A DNA stretch of 64,000 nucleotides, from IMG/VR virus record IMGVR_UViG_3300043775_002247. One strand, given 5' to 3'. The stretch comes from an uncultured virus (IMG/VR IMGVR_UViG_3300043775_002247). Lineage: Duplodnaviria; Heunggongvirae; Uroviricota; Caudoviricetes. Position 1 is the stretch's first letter; the number at the start of each line of letters is the position of its first letter. The notes beneath the pieces were generated by a model. It did no database searches. It worked only from the letters and a program-made list of their open reading frames with translations, and was not told the origin of the DNA. Shown here piece after piece: positions 57,800 through 64,000 of the stretch. The translations under genes and the position numbers were made by a program.

Positions 57800-58599
57800 T
57801 ATGGATTAATATATTCATACCATTTTATGGAACTAGTCGTTCCTGCCCTATTACCTGAATCATCCAAGATTTCATAGGTTTTGTTAACATAATTTAAATT
57901 AACTTTATAATAAAAATACTTCGACTCAAATTGAAAAGCACTTGGTATTGTTGGAGGAATTTGAGGTACTTTCATCATTTTAACAAACACACCTAATTTA
58001 CCATCAAAAAATTTAGCACTCATATAAAAAGTAGTTAAATCATAAAACTTAATATTTTTTAACCAATAAATGAAAAACCCTTCCTTATCACCAACAAAAT
58101 CTAATTTGTAGGATGGACGTTTAATTAAAACATCCGGAATGTAAGGAGATAATGTAACCAATTCCGTAAACCCCTGTTGAACGGGGATAATTATTGTGAA
58201 ATAATTAGTTTGGGATTTACCATCCATTGTATCATAAAAATCCAATTTAAAGAATGATTTGGTAAAAGGTTTTTCATAATAATATATTTCACTCTTATCA
58301 AATCCTTCAGGTAAATAACTAGTCACCCAATCATTACTTGTTGCGGTCGTAACATTATTAACATTACCACTATAGAAATGAAAATCATACTTAACATCTG
58401 TTTTTGTATCATTATCATATGGTTTATGTGAAAATCTCAATAACTCAAAATCTTCAGCAACACCAATGATATCCTTGATAACATCTTCCTCATAAAGTTC
58501 AATACTATCTTCTTGTCCATACATATCCCACTTCAGTTCAATCGGTAAAAGAATGTACTGTTCATCATTTGGGATTACAAATCTAAATTTATTACTCAC
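57799..58599 (-). CDS. putative structural protein
   Basis: 266 aa ORF overlapping both neighbours. Confidence 0.7.
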   Translation of the reverse strand: MSNKFRFVIPNDEQYILLPIELKWDMYGQEDSIELYEEDVIKDIIGVAEDFELLRFSHKPYDNDTKTDVKYDFHFYSGNVNNVTTATSNDWVTSYLPEGFDKSEIYYYEKPFTKSFFKLDFYDTMDGKSQTNYFTIIIPVQQGFTELVTLSPYIPDVLIKRPSYKLDFVGDKEGFFIYWLKNIKFYDLTTFYMSAKFFDGKLGVFVKMMKVPQIPPTIPSAFQFESKYFYYKVNLNYVNKTYEILDDSGNRAGTTSSIKWYEYINP

Positions 58600-60460
58600 A
58601 ATCGTCTATTATTGGTTCTGCAGTTATTATCTGTTCATTATAATTAGTACCTTCAGGTATTATTCTAAAAATAATATTTGTATAAGGGTAATGAGACCCA
58701 TTTAAAAATGGATAATTAACCCCAATATTATTAGAGTCAATAAATCCGTAACTATATAAATCCTTCCATAAAAAAGTATCTTTACTTGGAGAGTAATACG
58801 CATAATTAGGAACATCCACCACATTTTTCTTATCTCCCTCCTCAATGTAATCTGAGAATTGTCTAATAGTTAAACTATTATGTGGTTGATAATAATACCC
58901 GTAAGGATTGTCCAAAGACATACGATAACCTGTTGAACTAGTTGGTCTTCCAATATTAAATACTTTTGCGTTATACGTTATCTTATGATATAAATTAGAT
59001 ATAACTCTTTCTGTTTGTTCAAAATTATTCCACTCACAATAATCACCATCTAACGTATCACCTTCCTTTAAAGACCTATTATATGTGAAAACTATTGGTA
59101 CTCCATTATATATTCCCAACGGTGCGTTGCTTGGTGGTGGACCTAACGTTGTATTCACATAGGTATCTATTGGGATATTTGTGTCCGACAAATTATTTAT
59201 TTCACTCCACCAATATGAGGGTAATTTAGTTTGGGGATTTAAAGGTAAATTAAAATCATAACCAAATTTCATACCCTGATAACCCAATCCCGGCCCAATT
59301 AACCTACCAAACGTATAACCAAAATAACCTTTCCAAATTGTTGTAAAAAACAATTCAGTTAATGGTCTTTTTTGATTATCAATTAAATCATTAATTCTAA
59401 TATCCTTATCAAATGATAATGTGTAAGATTGAGAACCTTCCTTTATAGAAACTCTAGCAATTCTGTTAGGTGTAAAACCACTACTTTCATATTTTTTCTT
59501 AACACCAAAAATATTTTGGTCAAATCCCGCATTTACTAAAATCGCATTATCAGGGTTTGTTAAAATTTTATGTCTTCTAACATAATATGTTGAGATAGTA
59601 TCACTTGGGTTATCACTATTTATAATTCGTTTAAAAGTCCCTTCTGTTCCGGTAGTAAATGTTGTTCCTGTAAACCCAACATTAAAAATGTTAAAAATAT
59701 ATAAGTCACTTTCGTATTTCCCATCACCTAAACTATATACTTCAAAAGTATCAACCCCATTGTAGTTAAAATTTAATTTAACAAACTCTCCCGGTGTTAA
59801 TCCATGTTTCATCGGACATATACATTTAATAATCCCTCTTCCGTTATATACAGTTGTATCATCATTTTCAACCACAAAAGGAATCCCGTCTGAAGCGACC
59901 CAATCTAATGTAACTGCGTTTGAAATTGATGGTATTTTAATAATAGCATTTAATTGTTTTTGATAATCATTTTCAAATGGATAACTAACATAATGCGTCC
60001 AATTATATGTTGAAGCACTTTTGCTTACAAAAGTCAAATGATTATATGGTGGTTGAGTATAACCCGGAACATTGTAATCAGTTCTAATAAAATCAAATTC
60101 ATTATATTGTGGAAATCCTGACCAAATAACACTTGGATTTATACCAGTTGGGGTACAATTATTCGCCGCCGCTTGAGCTTCATTAACATAATACAGATTA
60201 TTTTCAAATGGTATGTAATCCGTACTACCTGTATATGAATTATTAAATAATAATGAAAATTTACAGGTAGGTCTAAATATATCAGATTTTTGTCTTTCAT
60301 CATCAAACACTTGTTCCAAACTAACATCAATATTCCTATCAAATTCAACATTTATTTGAGCGGTTTGAACTAAAGGAACATTGAACATCAGATTGGTGTC
60401 TGGTGCCGATTTATATCGTAAAGAACCTAAAATTACTCTAGTATCAATTCTATTTCCCAT
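58592..60460 (-). CDS. putative structural protein
   Basis: 622 aa ORF within the structural operon. Confidence 0.7.
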   Translation of the reverse strand: MGNRIDTRVILGSLRYKSAPDTNLMFNVPLVQTAQINVEFDRNIDVSLEQVFDDERQKSDIFRPTCKFSLLFNNSYTGSTDYIPFENNLYYVNEAQAAANNCTPTGINPSVIWSGFPQYNEFDFIRTDYNVPGYTQPPYNHLTFVSKSASTYNWTHYVSYPFENDYQKQLNAIIKIPSISNAVTLDWVASDGIPFVVENDDTTVYNGRGIIKCICPMKHGLTPGEFVKLNFNYNGVDTFEVYSLGDGKYESDLYIFNIFNVGFTGTTFTTGTEGTFKRIINSDNPSDTISTYYVRRHKILTNPDNAILVNAGFDQNIFGVKKKYESSGFTPNRIARVSIKEGSQSYTLSFDKDIRINDLIDNQKRPLTELFFTTIWKGYFGYTFGRLIGPGLGYQGMKFGYDFNLPLNPQTKLPSYWWSEINNLSDTNIPIDTYVNTTLGPPPSNAPLGIYNGVPIVFTYNRSLKEGDTLDGDYCEWNNFEQTERVISNLYHKITYNAKVFNIGRPTSSTGYRMSLDNPYGYYYQPHNSLTIRQFSDYIEEGDKKNVVDVPNYAYYSPSKDTFLWKDLYSYGFIDSNNIGVNYPFLNGSHYPYTNIIFRIIPEGTNYNEQIITAEPIIDDCE

Positions 60461-60461
60461 A

Positions 60462-63400
60462 TTATAATGTTGTTGTTGTATCTAACCATTTAGTTGTGAA
60501 TCTATCAAATGCCGATTTACCTTTTTTCAATCCAAAATAAAAATAAAACGGAGCTCCGGTATTAAACAATCTGTCATCATATGAATTTGATTCAATAGAG
60601 TTAAACTCCGGATTTAATGTTCCATCAGGATAAACAGAATAAATATAACCTTTAAAGTATTTGTTTTCAGGACTTTGAGATGTTCTCATATATCTTGATG
60701 AAGGTTCAGTTCTGTCTAACAATTGATAAGGATAATTAAAAAATGCTGGGTTGTTTATTGGGTTAGTATACCACCCATTTTTTTGAGACCCAAAAATACT
60801 ATTGGTGTCATCTGGTTTTATATTCCATTGATAAAATGGAACCGTTTGAGTGAATACCGAAAAATAACTAAAAGTACACGGTTGATTCGCAATCCCATCA
60901 GGGTCAATAATCGTTCTTTTTGGTGATATAAAATCTCGCGTTTGAGTATCTGAAGAAAAGAAAACACCAAACACCACCTTATTAATATCACTTGACGGGT
61001 TATAATATATTGGGTTTTGTTGTCCAGCAGGATTGTCAGGATAATTTAATGATTGGAACGGCGCCACCGATAATTCAGAATTAATAGCAATCATTTGAGC
61101 ATAATCACCATCAATCATAAGTTTAGTTCTACTGAAAAATGATAGGATACCAGTATTATTTAACCCAATTTTTTGCAAAAATCCGGGACTAGCTAATCTT
61201 GTAATAATTAAAAGATTTAATAATTCAGAAACATCACCATAACTTGACGTATTTAACCTATTCATAACATACCCATCAAAATCATCAGACATAACCAATT
61301 CTTGTATATATAAGTTTCTTGGTCCTAAATCCATGATAGTTGTTGGATATTTTAAATTTTTTAAATTACCACCATAACCACCAAATATACCTTCTATAAC
61401 TGAAGCAGGACGAGGTCTATCCATACCAATAAATTCAGAAATACTATCATTCCAAGGACTACTTCTATAATAAAAATTATTAGTGTCTTGGTCAAAATAA
61501 ATATTTTCACTACAAATTCTACTCACAGGTCGATTTTGACTATTGAAAACAATATCATTAGAAAATGAAAAAGTGTAAAGAACTCCATTAATCCAATTGT
61601 TCGTAAATAAATGAGAAAATACATTTCTACATGCACCAAACATTACTTGAATCCTATTTGTCCATTCAAACACTACTTGAAAATCTTGACCTGATAATAA
61701 AGAAAGTATTGGTTGAGTAATTAATATGTAACAACCACCATCAAACTTAACTTTACCACCACCAAAACTCCAACAAGAATTTCCTTTATCATATATTCTT
61801 AAATTATTTTTTCCACCAATTTCTTCACTATAATAACACCCTAACGGTGCCATATCACCACAATTAAATGACTTTAAAATTTGATTAACAAGTTCTGGTT
61901 CAGCATCCGGACCAACTATTGGTTCAGGTGCAAAAGCCCCCGCTTCTCCCACAAATACATTTGATGACCCCGTACCACCAACACTTTGATTAATAGTTGC
62001 ACCATCATCAGTTACAACAAAAATTGCAAAATTAGTGTTTGTGTGTAAAGGGAAACTATTACCTAAATTATTTTGTACAACTGTTGATGTTGGTAATCTA
62101 TCAGACCTCATCACTATTTTACGTTGATTAACACTAGTTAAATCAAAATTTAAAACCGCCGTACTTGGATATTTTGGCGCGTAATAAATACCTTCAACTG
62201 AAAATGGGTTACTTCCAGTAGTTTGATTTATATCTAATCTCTGATAAAACATAGTACCACCTTCAACTATCTCACCTAAATAATAACCTCTATTATCATT
62301 AGGAGAAACGTTGTATGTTCCCGCTCTTCTATTATAAGGAACACTAAATACTATACACTGTATGTCATAAGTATACTGAATGTCCCACTCCATAATAAAC
62401 CCATTCCAACCACGCGTTCCTTCTTGATAAGGAAATGGTGGGTTATCATCATTCGTATATTGGTTAACCACTTTAGACACTGTAGATGATGGTGATGTCA
62501 CGGATGATAATGTAGGAAGTCCATTTACCGGAGTAAAACCACCGTTTGTTGTATCTAAATTAGAATAATACGTATGTAAATTACTCGAGAAAGCACTAAA
62601 ACCAAATGTTTCAAATAATGGGTTAGGTGGTGTTATAGATGGTAGAAAACGAAACGAATTAAAATAAAAATCAGATGTTAAATTACTATTAGTAATATGA
62701 TTAACACAATTTAAAGTACCTTGAATTGGGTAATTTAATTTATATTTTTCACCCATTACTATTGTTGATGAATTACCAAAATTATAACCAAATAATCGAC
62801 TTAAATCATATTGAACTTTAGTTCTACTTGAATTAGGGTCAACACCTCTAACCAAGAAAATAACTTTCTGTTTATCCATTGATTTATAATAATCTATAGG
62901 TGAAAAATATCTTTCTATTGTTGACCAAGACAAGTGTGGATTACAAGGAAACGCAAATTCTTGAGGTTGGCTTACACGATAAAATCTCATATCGTTATTT
63001 AAAAACCTATTATAAAATGAATTATTGCTGTTCCAATCATTAGGTAATGAAGCCGTACTAGTATTACACATTCCACTATATTGAGCATAAGTCATACCTG
63101 TAATAACTTGAAAATATTCAACATCCATAGGGAATCTAGCATATCGAGGGTCACCTGAAAAAGTAACAATTTGATATGATACAGATTGATTACCTGAAGT
63201 ACCATCAGGATTTGCATAAGTAATCGAAATTGTTCCGGGATTAGTTGTTGACCCACTATTTATTGTCGTACCTGTAATGGTATTTGTACCATACTCATTT
63301 AATGTAGTTCCGGTATTAATAACATTTTTATCTTTTGATAGAGTAAAATCTTGAAAAGATAACATAGTACCCGCTTCTAAATTTGTTGCACTTTGAGTAC

Positions 63401-64000
63401 ATACTATCGCAACCACATTATCATAATGAAAATTAGTTGTTGGTGTCGGAGGATTTAAATCCGGTTGAAATGTTACTTTAATTCTATTAACCCCCCCACC
63501 AGGATTATCACCACTTTCATTAAAATATTTTCCTTTAGTATTAAACAAATTTAATCTTTCAGATACAGTTAAACTCGATGAAAAATATAAATATTCAGGA
63601 TTATCCGCAGATAATGCAGGGTCTTCGTCATCATTTGTTGATATAACTGAAGTAGGAACTCTTGTTGAGGGTGTAAATGACGCATTGTCAGCATTACCCA
63701 AACCATCTCCCGCAAATAAATTTTGATAAACAGAATCACCTGTGTTAACACCGGGTACAGGTGGTGGTCCGGGTGTTCCATTATTTAATCTATTAATCTT
63801 ATATTGTGAGGCGATTTCAAATGGGGTTAATAATGATGAACCAGCCCCTTCAGGAAGAGATTCGTCTGGCGCGTCTATTTCTAATTGTTCTACATCAGGT
63901 TCATCTTTAGGTAAATCTCCATTATCACCACAATCACAAAATGAACACTCCGGATAAGATAAATTTGGTATTTTAATATTTTTTAACTTATCAGGAAATT
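60462..64000 (-). CDS. large putative structural protein (5' end lies beyond the window)
   Basis: The frame is open upstream of the tracked TTG start at 63701, up to the window edge (FPDKLKNIKIPNLSYPECSFCDC...). Confidence 0.75.
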   Translation of the reverse strand, partial: FPDKLKNIKIPNLSYPECSFCDCGDNGDLPKDEPDVEQLEIDAPDESLPEGAGSSLLTPFEIASQYKINRLNNGTPGPPPVPGVNTGDSVYQNLFAGDGLGNADNASFTPSTRVPTSVISTNDDEDPALSADNPEYLYFSSSLTVSERLNLFNTKGKYFNESGDNPGGGVNRIKVTFQPDLNPPTPTTNFHYDNVVAIVCTQSATNLEAGTMLSFQDFTLSKDKNVINTGTTLNEYGTNTITGTTINSGSTTNPGTISITYANPDGTSGNQSVSYQIVTFSGDPRYARFPMDVEYFQVITGMTYAQYSGMCNTSTASLPNDWNSNNSFYNRFLNNDMRFYRVSQPQEFAFPCNPHLSWSTIERYFSPIDYYKSMDKQKVIFLVRGVDPNSSRTKVQYDLSRLFGYNFGNSSTIVMGEKYKLNYPIQGTLNCVNHITNSNLTSDFYFNSFRFLPSITPPNPLFETFGFSAFSSNLHTYYSNLDTTNGGFTPVNGLPTLSSVTSPSSTVSKVVNQYTNDDNPPFPYQEGTRGWNGFIMEWDIQYTYDIQCIVFSVPYNRRAGTYNVSPNDNRGYYLGEIVEGGTMFYQRLDINQTTGSNPFSVEGIYYAPKYPSTAVLNFDLTSVNQRKIVMRSDRLPTSTVVQNNLGNSFPLHTNTNFAIFVVTDDGATINQSVGGTGSSNVFVGEAGAFAPEPIVGPDAEPELVNQILKSFNCGDMAPLGCYYSEEIGGKNNLRIYDKGNSCWSFGGGKVKFDGGCYILITQPILSLLSGQDFQVVFEWTNRIQVMFGACRNVFSHLFTNNWINGVLYTFSFSNDIVFNSQNRPVSRICSENIYFDQDTNNFYYRSSPWNDSISEFIGMDRPRPASVIEGIFGGYGGNLKNLKYPTTIMDLGPRNLYIQELVMSDDFDGYVMNRLNTSSYGDVSELLNLLIITRLASPGFLQKIGLNNTGILSFFSRTKLMIDGDYAQMIAINSELSVAPFQSLNYPDNPAGQQNPIYYNPSSDINKVVFGVFFSSDTQTRDFISPKRTIIDPDGIANQPCTFSYFSVFTQTVPFYQWNIKPDDTNSIFGSQKNGWYTNPINNPAFFNYPYQLLDRTEPSSRYMRTSQSPENKYFKGYIYSVYPDGTLNPEFNSIESNSYDDRLFNTGAPFYFYFGLKKGKSAFDRFTTKWLDTTTTL

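Noticed and set aside
600..63957. Many short opposite-strand or alternate-frame ORFs in the track (e.g. 600..806, 5945..6289, 10768..11076, 17196..17558, 20839..21159, 29550..29882, 40344..40661, 53860..54120, 63742..63957)
   Set aside because: They lie inside longer ORFs with recognisable motifs and read as antisense or frame shadows
1..64000. Stop-codon reassignment, as seen in some large phages
   Set aside because: Genes are full length and tightly packed under the standard code, and both TAA and TAG end recognisable genes

Overview
This window is a gene-dense, very AT-rich (roughly 30% GC by eye) segment of a large tailed dsDNA phage (jumbo-type), read in the standard genetic code. The host is most likely Bacteroidota: TAnnTTTG -7 promoter boxes precede several genes, and there are SprB repeats, an Hc1-like and a DUF6576-like protein, and A-rich leaders without a Shine-Dalgarno site. 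Positions 1-32.9 kb (mostly minus strand) carry DNA-metabolism and host-takeover genes: three DNA methyltransferases (one in a low-GC R-M-like cassette), Mre11/Rad50-type nucleases, a primase, a PD-(D/E)xK exonuclease, a sigma70 factor, DnaJ, thioredoxin, glutaredoxin, a DHH phosphoesterase, an amidase-centred lysis cassette and putative head-packaged proteins. Positions 33-64 kb are a virion module in two convergent blocks: Pro/Thr-rich, SprB-repeat, Gly-repeat fibre and baseplate-like proteins, plus a RuvC-like resolvase. The top candidate for a new system is a glycosyltransferase resembling plant peptidyl O-glycosyltransferases (SGT1/HPAT type), embedded among four virion proteins with mucin-like (PT)n tracts, which suggests phage-encoded O-glycosylation of the virion. 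Other notable items are a catalytically degenerate SAM-synthetase-like protein, a TATTTAT putative late promoter built into a terminator hairpin ahead of the lysis genes, and shared Glu-ending N-terminal leaders. All family calls come from motif recognition by eye; no database searches were run.
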